This document shows, one piece after another, positions 1 to 13,711 of a stretch of DNA of 64,000 bases. The translations under genes were made by a program, and so were the position numbers. The stretch comes from Octopus vulgaris (Eukaryota): positions 95,852,001 to 95,916,000 of the forward strand of contig OX597821.1 in assembly GCA_951406725.2 (NCBI GenBank), in the 5' to 3' direction. Positions within the stretch are counted from its first letter, which is position 1. Every line of letters starts with the position of its first letter. The notes under the pieces are model-generated. The model saw only the letters and a list, made by a program, of their open reading frames with translations, was not told the DNA's origin and ran no database searches.

Positions 1-174
1 TACAAAAATGGTTTAGCCCCAAAAGACATTCATACTGACAAGGATATTACATTAGGAGATAATACTCCAGATTTAACACTGCCATGCCTGCACTTATACG
101 AACAATGTAACATTAAAAATACTCAGTACAAATTGGAATATGACACAGAACTGTATACATGCAGCACTCCTCAC

Positions 175-240
175 CTGATATTCTGTAATAAAAGACAAAG
201 ATTCTGGGCCCTTCATAGTCTTGTAGGAATCCCTGGCCAC
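175..240 (-). CDS. DUF389 gene exon 14 (VARDSYKTMKGPESLSFITEYQ); gene continues beyond the window
   Basis: Acceptor ttctctattacag|GTG; donor CAG|GTGAGG; 66 nt, phase 0-0. Confidence 0.87.
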
Positions 241-2227
241 CTGTAATAGAGAAAAAGAAACTTGTTTAATAACAAGGAAACAAAAACTTATTCTGATCCC
301 AGAAACAGCTGTTGCCGCCGCCGCCACCGCCACCACCACCACCATCATAACTATTCTGTTGTGCACCTTCTTCACCCAGGAATGTGGTTGACAATAGGAA
401 CAACATCCAGGTAGAAACTTGAAGACAGCTTGCTGATGTAATTGCAGTCTATCAAAAACTCAATATGCAGCAAGCCTGTAGGTTTCAGGGGTCATTAGGA
501 GAGAATGTGCATCATTTTGGGGGCCTCCTCCTTGATGGCTTTGCAGAGCATTGGCCCCACTTACTGCTGGACCAACTGACTAGTGTTTGAACCTAAGTCT
601 ATTTCAGGATCATCACTGTGAAATGATGATGGAAATGGAACATGTTCATAGAATGTGTTTCCCATCCCATCTAGTCAAATTGTAGCTCTGACTTAGAACT
701 GACTTGAATTGTGACAACCTATCCAACTCATGGCACCATGGAAAGTGGATGCAAAATGATGCTGACAGTGATGATGGCAGCAATATCAATCTCTCTTTCT
801 CACACACACACACAAACATACATATATACATATACTTATACACACACACACACACACATATCAGTGACATGTAGTTGAGACATGCTAGTCATGTACTGCA
901 TGTCCATTGATTTTTATATAACTCAAAAATCAATTTAAGAATGCAATGTATTTATAACCACATTGAAAAGTTGTCCAATCATTGGAAACTGAAATAGTTA
1001 CTTAGTTTCAAAGGAAACCTTTCCAGATTGATACTTCCCTGTGTTTCCATTTTGTTTCCACTAGTCATGCTTAAAGAAAAACGCATATGAAATCTTTTGT
1101 CCCCCACTTCTTATCTTTCAATAACTATCATTTCAATGTCTGTAAGATTCTTTTTTATTCCATTAAAATAACTATGGAAGGCATGCTTTCAGAAAAATGC
1201 ATGTTTTAGCTTCTCTTCCCTTTCTATCAGTTCTTCTTTGTCAACAATTCTTTGTAACTGATGTTGCTAATGTGACAGGTTAAGTGGTTGAATGGGTTTT
1301 GCTTTTTGACCCATAAAAATTCTGAACAAAACACATCAACAACCCTGTAGTTCTTAAATAGTCAGCTCAAATGTTGCCATGACTTTGGAATATCTATTTT
1401 GCTCTGTTGTAAGTTTTGAAATTATTATCATTAACCATCATCCTCTCTGTATTAAAGAAAAAAATTCTGAAATCAGAAATATGATACAGCTAATTAATCT
1501 TTTGTTGATTTACTAAAATTATCTTTCTGTTTTGTTCAAACAGATCGCAGTTAAGTGAGGTATATTATGACAAAGTGAAAGTAAAGTGTTCATTGTTCTT
1601 TGTTTTTTTTTTTACAACTGAAACTTGAAAGTTACAAAAAGTACAAGTGCAGAAATAAATCAAATCTCAAAAAAATTGAAATTTTGAAGTTGTAATTTTT
1701 GCCAAATTTTTTTACAGAATCAGAATCTCCATAGCTGAAAACATGGGTTTCCATACAAAAAAAGAGCGTGGCTGGTGCCACAAAAAAAAGCAAACTACCC
1801 AGTCCACTCTGTAAAGTGGTAGATGCTAGTAAGGGTGTCCAGCCACAGAAACCACACCAAAACTGAGACACTGGAGCTACGTGTACACGCATACATCATA
1901 TATACATTTTATGCATGCATGCATGTACACACACATGTATGCATGTATGCACACATGCGCACACACACATACACTCTCTTACACAAGAGTGTCCAAGATT
2001 GTAGGAAGGAAATGTTTCCTGACTGCATTCCTGGATCAGATGCTTTCAACAGAATGATCTCTGCCAAAAGCAGACACACATTAACTTGTGTTGTCAAAAC
2101 AGGTAGCAAGTTAAGTCCACCAAATATTTTGTATATGTGTATTTATTAATATAAATATATGTTTCCCCCATCCCCCCCACACACATCAGTGATATGTTCT
2201 GAAGTAATCAGGTAAAAAGGAACTCAC

Positions 2228-2293
2228 TTGTATATCATGCTCCCAAAATTCTGCTGTTTCATCTGTTGAAGCCAGTGGCACAACTTCCTTAAT
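2228..2293 (-). CDS. DUF389 gene exon 13 (IKEVVPLASTDETAEFWEHDIQ)
   Basis: Acceptor cttctctttgaag|ATT; donor CAA|GTGAGT; 66 nt, phase 0-0; KEV.P...FW..DI motif. Confidence 0.9.
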
Positions 2294-4657
2294 CTTCAAA
2301 GAGAAGGGAAAAAAATTAAATAAATAGATAAAAAAAATACATAAATAGATAAAATAAATTAAAAAATGTTAATCCTTTGAAACAACAAGCACATCTTAAC
2401 AGGGATAATTTCCACTGACTATGCTTCAAGAAGAAGTAAAAGTGGATGACCATATGATTTTGTGTTTATAGCTAGCTAATTTGTAACAACATCGTTATCT
2501 TCTTGACATAAACATAAAACCATGTGGATGTCCACTTGCATCTTCCATAGATGACAGAAACTCCTCCTCCTAAAGTGTTCTCATGGATTCTGTTGTATAA
2601 TGAAACTGTACACCCCACCCGGTAAAAAGTGGTAGTAGCCAGCCATTATAAATAGACCAGTAGCTGGTCAACAGAAAAGAAGGTCGAGAAGGCCAGGAAT
2701 GTTGAGAGTATGTGTAGATTGTGTTGATAGTTGTGTCTGAGCTGATATAGTAATAACGGCCCAATCTTTTGAGGATAGTAATACTGTACAACAGGGGGGT
2801 CATACAGTACCAGGAACCATTCCATTGACAACTTTGGAATATAACAACAGTGGAAAAAGACAGCTCTACAACAGATTCTAAGGGTTAAAAATTGAGAAAC
2901 ACTTCCCCCCACCAAAAGAAACAAAAAACTGTAGGAAAGAAGAACCTCTCAGTAACTGCCAGAGATTTAACACCAGTAATTGAGTTACTTTTTGTAGAGA
3001 ATATCTGAAGATTGCTTACTTTTTCTTGACATGAAACTTAGAGAAAAGCCATAGAAGGCATGTTAACAAGTATATTGAAATAAATATCTAATCTATGGTG
3101 TGTATTGAATACTGTTTACTTTGTTCATAAAACTACTGTAAACATAATAGAATTATATATATATAGAGTGTGCTTCTTTCTGATATAGGTTTTTTATTAA
3201 CTAAATACACACACACACATTCTTTTATTCTTTTACTTGTTTCAGTCATTTGATTGTGGCCAAGCTGGAGCACCACCTTTAGTCAAACAAATCGACCCCA
3301 AGACTTATTCTTTGTAAGCCAAGTAGTTGGGCATAAGCACACCAACATTGGTTGTCTAGCAACGGTAGTGGGACAAGCACAGACACACAAATACATACAT
3401 ACATACATAATAATCATCATCATCATCGTTTAACATCTGTTTTCCATGCTAGCATGGGTTGGACGGTTTGACCGGGGTCTGGGAAGCCAGGAGGCTGCAC
3501 CAGGCTCCAGTCTGATCTGGCAGTGTTTCTACAACTGTATGTCCTTCCTAACGCCAAACACTCCGTGAGTGTAGTGGGTGCTTTTTATGTGCCACTGGCA
3601 CATGTGCCAGGGGAGGCTGGCAGCGGCCATGATCAGTTGGTGCTTTTTATGTGCCACCGGCACAGAAGCCAGATATATATACGGTGGGTTTCTTTCAGTT
3701 TCTGTCTACCAAATCCACTCACAAGGCTTTGGTTGGCCCGAGGTTATAGTAGAAAACACTTGCCCAAGGTGCCATGCAGAGGGACTGAACCCAGAACCAT
3801 GTGGTAGGGAAGCATGTGCCTATATGAAAGGATATCTCAAGCCTAATAATGTAGTATTTGGTGTCCTATGTTCTAACAAGGCATCCATGTTAAGTTGAAT
3901 ATATAAATACATACACACACATACATATATATTCTTTTATTCTTTTACTTGTTCTAGTCGTTTGACTGCAGCCATGAAGGGTTTTAGTTGAACAAATTGG
4001 CCTCAGGACTCAGGACTTATTCTATCACTCTCTTTTGCCAAACTGCTAAGTTATGGAAATATAAACACACCAGCACCAGTTATCAAATGGTGATGGGGAG
4101 ACAAACATAGATACAAAGACACACACACAGAAACACACACACACACACACATAATGGGCTTCTTTCAGTTTCTGTCCACCAAATCCACTCAAAAGGCTTT
4201 AGTAAGCCCAAGTAGAAGACACACTTGCCCAAGGTTCCATGCGGTGGTTGAGAAACAAGTTTCTTATCACAGAGTCACACACACATATATATAATATTAA
4301 ATTGGTAGAAGTTACAAAGTAACTCAAGGGCAGAGAGTATTATGCAAGGAACTGATCAAACTTCCAGATTTGTTAGAACAACAACAACAACCGCCACCAC
4401 CGCCACAACTGCCACTGCCACCACCACCACCACCACCACCACTTTCATTTAAAGTCCATTTTACATACAGGCATGAGTTGGGACATGCTGGCATGCTGGA
4501 CTACTGGCTGTGAAACCTTAGTCGACTTGGATCTTCATAATAATTTTGACTCAACACTCTGTTTAGAGTCATTTTATTACTTTAAAGAACAGTAAATGTG
4601 CTTTGAAATAATAAAATTCATAGCAAAAATATTTTCAAGATATTAGTGATTATAATT

Positions 4658-4823
4658 AGGCATAGGAGTGGCTGTGTGGTAAGTAGCTTGCTTACCAACT
4701 GCATGGTTCCGGGTTCAGTCCCACTGCGTGGCACTTTGGGCAAGTGTCCATAGCCTCAAGTCAACCAAAGCCTTGTGAGTGGATTTGGTAGACGGAAACA
4801 GAAAGAAGCCCGTCGTATATATG

Positions 4824-4881
<58 letters not shown>

Positions 4882-5093
4882 CTTGTGTGTCTGTGTTTTT
4901 CCCTCCAACATCGCTTGATAACCGATGCTGGTGTGGTTATGTCACAGTAACTTAGCGGTTCGGCAAAAGAGACCGATAGAATAAGTACTAGGCTTACAAA
5001 GAATAAGTCCTGGGGTCGATTTGCTCGACTAAAGGCAGTGCTCCAGCATGGCCGCAGTCAAATGACTGAAACAAGTAAAAGGGAGTAAAGAGT
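4658..5093 (+). mobile_element. tRNA-derived SINE family B with internal (TA)/(TG) microsatellite. Other copies at about 3222-3812(-), 3932-4275(-), 24064-24495(+), 24736-25130(+), 41010-41400(+), 43019-43414(-), 49659-50047(-), 50380-50798(+), 58136-58534(-), 63880-64000(-)
   Basis: A/B-box-like head (gtggctgtgtggtaag...ggttcagtcc), CORE-like ccttgggcaagt, conserved tail ggcggtgctccagcatggccgcagtcaaatgactgaaac. Confidence 0.85.
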
Positions 5094-5299
5094 ATAATAC
5101 CAGTGATAAATTCATTGAAATTCAGATTGTATAAATTAAGACGATCAGCAGTAAACAGAAAGAAAAAAAAGTAATGATAATGATAAACACACATTCACAC
5201 ACACATTAACAAAACAGATAGTCAAAGCCAGAAGATGAAAAACAGATAACATAGAGGGAAGAAGAATGTGAAACCAAATGAATGTATCAGATCATTTAC

Positions 5300-5470
5300 C
5301 TTCAACATGACAACACCAACTAGGAATATGCAGCCGATGTTAAGTAGAGTGAGCAGGAGACTTATTGTTCCCATGATTCCCATTTCTTTAGCCATGTCAC
5401 AGCTGTACATTGGTGTATAAGCATTGTCTTGAAATGGCAAGCACCCTAAAGGGTTGTCATTAATCGAAAC
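5300..5470 (-). CDS. DUF389 gene exon 12 (VSINDNPLGC...GTISLLLTLLNIGCIFLVGVVMLK)
   Basis: Acceptor tattttgaag|GTT; donor AAG|GTAAAT; 171 nt, phase 0-0; SL.LT..NI..I transmembrane motif. Confidence 0.9.
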
Positions 5471-6282
5471 CTTCAAAATACAAACAAGGGAAAAAAACAC
5501 TGAATTAAAAGAAAAAAAATAATGTATTTTATACTGATTGCTTGTTTTTGATTTGTTCCAAGTAGATCAGTCCTGATCCTGTGGATCTATGATAAAAAAG
5601 GCATCTCAACTGTGATCATCTCATCTTTTATTCACATTGCTTGGTTCTTCGTCAGCCTGGCTTCTACAAATCTATAATCAGAAGTGTTCTGTACAGCTGT
5701 TATCTGAGCTGCATCTGCTAGTTTTTTTTAAAACAGTAAGGTGTGGTATCAGGAGGATTTTGCTACTTGTACTAGCAGCTCTAACAACAACCTTGTGACT
5801 CTGTGGCTCATTCATCAAATTGTATACCCAATGTTAGGATTTCAGCCAGAAAATAACTAATGACAGTTGCTTCTAATAGGGCTCTATGGAAAAGCGGTAT
5901 CTGAGAATGCTACCCTCATGGCTCTTCCAGGAAGAGTGGAAAGAAAAAGGATATATATATATATATATATACTACTGGAACTCTGTCAGCTGATCAATGG
6001 AGGAAACACATGGATGGAATAGACCCTGAAGAGGTCACAAATGTGTGTCGAAAGGTTTCTGGACAATGGACATAAGTTAAATAAGAACAATGCTAAACAA
6101 GTGAAAAACAAATAAACAGTGCATGTATTTATTTGACAAGGGAAAGAAACAAATGACTATCCTGAAAATTAACAATATATGTTTCAACACAATGATTTCA
6201 GATCAAGAAGCTTGCAAAACAAATTCATAAATGTGTGCGTGTGTGTATGTGGTGTGTGTGTATGTATATATATATATAATAA

Positions 6283-6514
6283 AAGGTGGCGAGCTGGCAG
6301 AAACGTTAGCACGCCAGTCGAAATGCGTATCCGTATTTTGCCTGTCGTTACGTTCTGAGTTCAAATTCCGCCGAGGTCGACCTTGCCTTTCATCCTTTCG
6401 GGGTCGATAAATTAAGTACCAGTTATGCACTGGGGTTGATGTAATCAACTTAATCCGTTTGTCTGTCCTTGTTTGTCCAATCTGTGTTTAGCCCCTTGTG
6501 GGTAGTAAAGAAAT
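6283..6514 (+). mobile_element. tRNA-derived SINE family A. Other copies at about 9160-9556(-), 11843-12045(-), 14357-14578(+), 15888-16110(+), 18607-19210(+, three older), 25381-25587(-), 27345-27570(-), 28047-28176(+), 28470-28693(-), 31620-31828(-), 54727-54955(-)
   Basis: Head ggcgagctggcagaaacg..gagttcaaattcc; central gtcgac..gcctttcatcctt..ggtcgataaa..agtacc resembles the MetaSINE domain; TSDs on several copies. Confidence 0.85.
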
Positions 6515-6574
6515 ATATATATATATATACATACACACACACATACATGTATGTATACATATATTTTTAAATTA

Positions 6575-7056
6575 ATAGTTAAGAGTACTTACAAGCAGTA
6601 CCAGCATGCTATTATAGCAGTGAAAATGACCAAACCACAAGTTCTCACTTAAACATATAGGTGAAGGAAGGGCAAATGAACAAAACCCCTAAGACCCCAT
6701 ATGGATGCTGAAAATAAAAACGAAAACTGCAAAAGTCGGACATACCCATATCATCATGATTTCAAACTCTGAGAAGTACTCTGAGTTCATCTTCAGTGAG
6801 TTTTACTGATCCAGGGTTGAAGAGTTTGCTCATCTCAACCAATGTGTGCGATGACTGCTTTTAATGCCACAGCAAATTAAAAAAGGTGATCAAAGTGAAT
6901 AAAAAATTATATAAATATGTAAGAATTCATTGTTTATAATAATATCAGTGTTCATTTGCTTGCCTTCATTTTTGTGCTTAAGTGAGAACTTGTGGTTTGG
7001 TCATTTTGACTGCTATTTCAGCATGATGGTACTGCCTGTTAGTATCCTTAATTATT
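6575..7056. mobile_element. MITE/foldback element with ~105-bp terminal inverted repeats
   Basis: 6575-6682 is the reverse complement of 6949-7056, including an exact aaaatgaccaaaccacaagttctcacttaa core. Confidence 0.75.
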
Positions 7057-7128
7057 AATTGATGATTTTTACCTTTATGGTTTTTTTTATGCATGCAAAG
7101 CCACTGATATTATTATAAACAATAATAT

Positions 7129-7177
<49 letters not shown>

Positions 7178-7179
<2 letters not shown>

Positions 7180-7424
7180 ATGGGTATGAGTAAGTATCTC
7201 ATTTACTTCTTTGCCACATGTATCACTGACGAAGGGAGGGTTCTTTTTGCTAACCCTGAAATCGGTCCGATATGGTAATAATGGAATTTTTTAGAGATTT
7301 CTGTCGGCCTTTTTTCGAGTAGTGTGCGTACTGGGGGAAAAAAATTATATGGGAAATGGACAATATGTTCAATTTTCGGCATATTTGGCATTAGAAATTT
7401 TTTCGTTTGCCCTTATTTATAAGT

Positions 7425-7426
<2 letters not shown>
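7178..7426 (+). mobile_element. (TA)n-embedded hammerhead-bearing element family 1 (Penelope-like pLTR or retrozyme-like fragment)
   Basis: Flanked both sides by (TA)n; homologous to 37011-37257 on the opposite strand. Confidence 0.65.
7221..7277 (+). ncRNA. Type I hammerhead ribozyme motif, family 1, copy A
   Basis: tatca-CTGACGA-AGGG...CCCT-GAAA-tcggtccga-TA^tggta: stem I tatca/tggta, stem II AGGG/CCCT, near-palindromic stem III, AUA cleavage triplet. Confidence 0.75.
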
Positions 7427-7486
<60 letters not shown>

Positions 7487-7594
7487 AGAGAGATACTTTT
7501 TATACTTTTATTTTTTAGGTAGGCTGGGGGACATCATGTGATGCGTAGGTAACTAGAGAAAGTTAAGAGAAAGTCAAGAGGACAAAGTACTTAC

Positions 7595-7669
7595 AGCAGT
7601 GGTATTGCCACGTGGAGCTATCTTTGGTGGACTGATGACCGAAAGTAAAGCAAATGACCACAGCATTCC
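7595..7669 (-). CDS. DUF389 gene exon 11 (GMLWSFALLSVISPPKIAPRGNTTA)
   Basis: Acceptor tctctctttag|GGA; donor GCT|GTAAGT; 75 nt, phase 0-0. Confidence 0.9.
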
Positions 7670-8489
7670 CTAAAGAGAGATTTGGAAAAGTGTACAGATT
7701 TAGGGGGTTGTTATATTTCAGCAAACTTAGAACAGCAACACAACAACAATCAGATGAAATGTCTTGGTCTGCTAAAAATAACAGACAAATCTCCCATGAA
7801 ACATACTATGTTCTTTAAAAAAAAAAGGTAAGATACATTAGATAATATAACTCAAGATAGACTATGTGTGAAAAATAAAACAGTAGAATGGTCATTGTTG
7901 GAATTCCTTTGATTAAAGATTTGCTGAAGAATCAGAACTGATCTGAGATTAAACAACAACAGCTTGACCACTTGGTATAGACCTTCAAGTGGTGTTTGGG
8001 TGATATTAGAAATTGTAAAAACTGGTAGAATCTTCAGAACCTCACCTGCTAAGATATAGTATTAGAGAAACAAGCATTACACTGTGTAACAAATTTTTTT
8101 TCTTTTTTTTTATGTCTTTGGTCAGTAAATGTTATTTCCTATTTGCTTCTATCTAGAAATCAAAGGAAATGACAACTATTCTTTTCAAATTTTGCTCTTG
8201 TGACTTGAACATTAATGTTCTGAAACTGATTCATTTTCTATTACATTTCAGACATTCAGCATTGAGTTGCTGAAGTAGAAATATCATTAAAGCAAATGTT
8301 CTGCTCATTACCATAGATTTGCTTGTGAGTTCCTTGACCATAGCCACTTGAGCATGTCCAGTGTGGTAACAATTCTGCCAGCTTGCCATCTTTTTTTTTT
8401 CTGCCTTTATCCCTCCAATGTGGAGTATAGGCCACTTATCATTGAATTCCATGTCACATAATTTTTCGCTACTATACTTATACTCTGCC

Positions 8490-9128
8490 ATGAATGTCCT
8501 CCTTTCTCTAGTTCCTTTTGTGTTGATCTACAAAAGAGTTCTTAGGCCTTCCTTTCTTTCTATATCCATCTGGATTCCACTGTAAAGCACTTTGCGCTAC
8601 ATTTGGTGTGTCTTTTCTAATTGTGCTACCAATCTACTTTCACTTTTTCTTAAATATTTGCTCCCTAATCGAAACTTGATTTGTTCTTTGCCATAGCTCC
8701 ATATTACTTATGTATTTGGGCCATCTAATTTTTAAGTATACTACACAAGCATCTGTTGATGAATGATTGTATTTGCTTATTTGACATAACTGTTATTCGC
8801 CATGTCTCAGTCCCATACAATAACACTGCTTTTACGTTAGTGTTAAAAATTCTTATTTTGTTCTTTATTGAAATTACACTTGCGCTCCATACTTTTGTTA
8901 ATAGGTTGAAAAGCGGTCCTCGCTTTACTTATTCTCGTCTTAATATCTTCATCGGTGCCGCCTGAAAATGTTATCTTACTACCTAAATACGTAAACTCGG
9001 CTACATCCTCTAGTTCATTGGTTTCTAGTTTAATACGTTTGCTGTTTTCTTCATTAATGCACAGAATTTTTCATTTGTCGTGGTTGACTTTCAATCCTAG
9101 TTTGGCAGCTATTGCTTCTAATTTTGAT
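8490..9128 (-). mobile_element. Degenerate RTE-clade LINE ORF2 C-terminal fragment
   Basis: Minus-strand translation LGLKVN..K, EFTYLGS, DIKTRISKAR, VLLYGTETW; stops and frameshifts. Confidence 0.8.
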
Positions 9129-9619
9129 GTCATAATAATAATAATGATAATAATAATACTTTCTACTACAGGCAAAAGGCATGAAATTTGGTTGGAAGGG
9201 GCTGGCTGATTACCTCGAAGAGTATTTAACTGATACTTATTTTATCAAGCCAAAAGAATGAAAGTCAAAGTTGACCATGGCAGAATTTGAACTTGGAACG
9301 TAAAGATGGACAAATTGCAGCTAAGCATTTTGTCTGCCATGCTAATGACTCTATAAGAATAATAATCCTTTCTACTATATGCTCAAGGCCTGAAATTTTT
9401 TTTTGAGGGGGACTTGTTGATTATATTGACCCCAGTGCTTGAATGGTCCCAAAAGGACTGAAGGCAAAGGTTGACCTTGGCAGAATTTGAGCTCAGAATG
9501 TAAAGATGGATGACATACTGGTCAGTATTTTCTCCAGTGCACTAACAATTCTGCCTTTATAACGATGATGATGACAATGATGATGATGATAATAATAATA
9601 ATTATGACGAAGAGCTAGT

Positions 9620-11242
9620 AGGACTGCTAAAGTATTTAGCTATGACATTGGGATGAACTTTGGCCTTGATAAGTGTGCTACAGTAACTTTTGTAAGAGGC
9701 AAGCTCAAGCAAATAGTTTCTATTAAATTAGATACTGACAGTACTATCAAGGAACTTGACCCAAAAGAAAATTACAAATACCTGCGGAAAAATGAAAGAG
9801 ATGGTATACAACATGCTACTATGAAGGAAAAAATAAGAAAAGAATATTACAGGAGAATAAGACTCATACTAAAATCTGAACTCAACTCTAAAAATTGCAT
9901 CGAAACACCCTGCCACTTCCAGCAGTCCAATATAGTTTAAACATCATTAACTGGAATCTTACAGAGCTCCAATGCCTGGACAGGAAGACAAGAAAAATAC
10001 TAACTTCTAAGAACATGCACCACTCAAGAGCAGATGTTGATTATCTGTACCTACCTAGAAATAATGGGGGAAGAGGAGTAATGCAGGTAGAACTGTGCTA
10101 TAAGACCTCCACAATAGCAATGAACAGGTACTTATCTAGTACAGATGATGGGATGCTGTGACTTGTGTGCAAACACAAAAAGTGCAAAAAATCACATTCG
10201 ATTATCAAGGAAACTTGCAAATTCGCAAAGGAACTTGACATTAACCCTGAAATAGTTACAAAACCTGAAACCACTGCCACAAAACAAGCAAAATAGACCA
10301 AGCAGACTGCAAAAAAGAACAGGCGGAAAAAAATTGAGGAGCAATGGAGCCAGAAGCCTCTGCATGAAAAGTTAATGTAGATCAAGCAATAACCCATCAG
10401 TGGCTGAAAAGTTCAGGTCTATAAGCAGAGACTGAAGGTTTCATACTGGCAGTACAAGACTGAAGCTTGCTCACAAAAAAATACCAGGCTAATGTTCTTC
10501 GAAACGGTTCTGACCCTAAATGCAGATTCTGCGACACATTTGACGAAACAATAGACCATCTCGTCTTAGGATGTCCTGTGCTGATACCAAACAAATATAA
10601 AAATCGCCACAATAACGTAGGACAGTATTTATATTGGAAAATATGTAAACACTACAAAATCAAGCACTCTTACTGCTTACTGGTACGAACATCATCCTGA
10701 GCCAGTTGCTGAAGGCAAAAATGTCACTATCTTCTGGGATTTTCCAGTCAACACTGACAGAACAATTTAGACTAATCAACCAGGCATAATTATTAAAGAC
10801 AGGGAAGAAAATATTTGCACACTAATAGACGTATGTGTTCCCACTGATAAAAATATATCTGTCAAGGAATGTGACAAACTAAGTAAATATAAGGACCTGG
10901 AAATTGAAATACAAAAGATGTAGCATCTTAAAATGAGAACTGTTCCTGTTATTGTAGCTGTTCTAGGTATGGTAAAAAAAAGGGATGTCAGAAACATCTA
11001 GATAATATCCCAAGAGAACCATGTCTCAGAGAAATCCAAAAGATTGTGCTCACAAGTACTGGGTACATCCTTAGTGAAACCCTGTCCATTTAAATGTCTG
11101 TGTTGTATTACATGAAAATATTTCACTATCTCCTCTCCCCAAACTTTCAGTCATACTGTAACATTTCTTATCCTTCACTTGCCCCAGGATGCTGGGTGTG
11201 TCTTGGCAAGTGATTGTAACAAATATGCAAATTAAAAGTAAA
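9620..11242 (+). mobile_element. 5'-truncated R4/Dong-like non-LTR retrotransposon (RT C-terminus, CCHC knuckle, RLE endonuclease), degenerate
   Basis: MNFGLDKCA, YKYL, RLYLPR..GGRG-like motif, CRFC...ETIDHLVLGC, RHN, WDF..TD, IDV..P.D..K..KY.DL; several stops; (AAT)/(AAC) flanks. Confidence 0.85.
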
Positions 11243-11269
11243 AATAACAACAACAACAATAATAATAAA

Positions 11270-11820
11270 TGCCCTGATGCAATACAGTTGTTTACATGGC
11301 TTCTGATCTTAACTGATTGGAAGTGTTATCATGTACATTGTTTTGTCTTGGTAAAAAAGATGGGCTACAGCAAATATTCTGCTCCATACCACAGATTTGC
11401 TTGTCAGTTGTTTGACCATAACCAGTTGAGCATGTCCCTTAGTAGCTGACGATATGTGCATCACTGATCACAAGCAGGAGTAGTGGGGGAGTATCATAGC
11501 CATGTGTTGAGAGGAATTCTTTGGAGTTTGGATAATTTACCTCTGGAAACATGGGTGTTTCACTCAACATCCTTAAATGACTCTTATTCAGAGACCTTTT
11601 GCATGGGATGAGCTACTCAACCTGAAGAAAATTCTAACTGGGTCCCACCTGCAAGGTCATGTGCTGTTTATCTTGATATGCGTTCACCATGTCGCGCACA
11701 TAGGGTTGTGATGCATGTGCCTGGTGTACCCTTATCGTATGGGTAGTTATGATGGTTACACTGGGCTTTGTATATTTTACCCAAGTGTCACTTTGGTAAC
11801 AGGCACTGCTCTCACACTCT
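11270..11820. repeat. Unclassified interspersed repeat inserted in (AAT)n; partial second copy at about 31285-31600
   Basis: Two homologous copies, both abutting AAT/ATT microsatellites. Confidence 0.65.
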
Positions 11821-13566
11821 AATAATAATAATGATAATAATAATGGTTTCAAATTTTAGCACAAGGCCAGCAATTTCGAGGAGGTGGTAAGTTGATTACA
11901 TTGACTCCAGTGTTCAACTGGTACTTATTTTATCGACCCTGAAAGGATGAAAAACAACACAACTGCACTGGCATTTCACCCCAGAACATAAAGATGAACA
12001 AAATACTGCAAAGCATTTTGTCTGGTGAGCTAATGAGTCTGCCAAATAACAACAATAAAATGAAAGCAAGAGTTTAGTTTGAATTCACATTTAATTGAAA
12101 AAAAAAAAAATAATAAAACCCAGAATCTGAATTCAAATTTATAAAAATATTTGGAGCGTTGATTTTGAATTTCATGTTTAACAATGAATTTCATTTTTTA
12201 AAATATTTTAATATGTAATAACTTATTGGAAAATATTCTAATAAATTTCATATTATTATACAATGTAAAATATATTATATATTTTAAAGTACTATAAAAT
12301 ATTTAAATACTATCATAAAGTATTTTAAAATAAATCAAAACATTCTAATATAAATCGAAATATTAAAAAACATTTAGATTTATTTAAAATTATTTGGAAA
12401 TATTTTTTTATATATTTTAACATATGTTGAAATATCAGAAGATATTGTAATATAAATTAAGTTATGAAATAACTGGTAATGTTGCGTAACAAAATACCAT
12501 GTTCCTACACGTCATTAATGTTTACATACCAGCTTCCAGAAATGTGTTTAATTTATAAAATTGGTATATCCAATAATATTACACAGCTCTGTTTTGTGGC
12601 TAGTTAAGCAATATGTTCATGGATGATCAATGGGTTGGATGGGTGCTAATGAAGGAACAAAAAAATCCCGAAATATGGCACATATAGCCATTACCCATTT
12701 TCGATTTTTGATCACATTGTTTGTTTACAGCTTGTATCTCAGATATCTAAAGGAAAATTTTTTTTCCACTGTAAACTGTAGTTAAATAGCCTTTGTAAGT
12801 TGAAAATATACTCCAAATGTTTTTGAATTAACTTAATATTTGTTTATTTTACTATATTTTCAGTTATTATGAAACAGTATATTTTAAGTTATGAAATAAC
12901 ATATTTTACATAATTTTAAAATAGTAGCATATATTTGAAATAAGATATTTCTTAATTTCTCTATTTGTGTACAATAATGATTTATTAAAATGAGAATATC
13001 TTAAATTTAGCTAGTTAAAAAATCTTTGTAAGTGATGACCAGTTGGAGGAGGCATCCTCCTGGAGTTAAAAATAGCAGTAATGTCAGTTCCTACAGAACA
13101 ACCATAATTAAGAAGCAGTAAATATTATCTTACTTTTGTTAATTTGGAATTTTAAACTCAAGGAAAAAAAATAATGAGAATGAGACTAATTGTGATGATA
13201 ATGTGATAATGCTCTTTGCATTCAACTTCCTTCCAGACTTGCCCAGAATTTGTTGACAATAAGTTGGTTAATTAATATGATAATTGTTGCTGCTGATGTT
13301 GAAAAGATGATGAGATTGAGTATGTTTGTAATCATGATGTTGTTCACAATAAAGATGGGGGATAAGATAATTTTGATAATGATGATTATAATGACAGCAA
13401 TAGTGTTGTTAATTATGATAATAATTACACAAGATAATGTAGTGGTTAACTAATTAAAAGAGCAGACATTTGAAGAATGGTAAATGAAGGAAGAGAAGGC
13501 AAATTATAATTGGCACACTAACAGACAGACAAAGAGAGAAGACCAAAGAGGTTGAAGTCTACTCAC

Positions 13567-13711
13567 AGCATTGACAGCAGGTGGCAGCAGTGAGGCGGAT
13601 ATGGCAACTCCAACCAATGGCCCAGAGTTACCACCCAGAACAGACAGAGACACTCCAGCACCGGATGGGAGTGCTATTAAGATACCAATCCACAGACTAC
13701 GACTCATGCCT
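13567..13711 (-). CDS. DUF389 gene exon 10 (GMSRSLWIGILIALPSGAGVSLSVLGGNSGPLVGVAISASLLPPAVNA)
   Basis: Acceptor ctcccactag|A; donor GCT|GTGAGT; 145 nt, phase 2-0; DUF389 signature LVGVAISASLLPPAVNAG. Confidence 0.95.

Noticed and set aside
7632-7644. CTGATGA-cc-GAAA antisense to exon 11
   Set aside because: No stem II possible; coding-sequence coincidence
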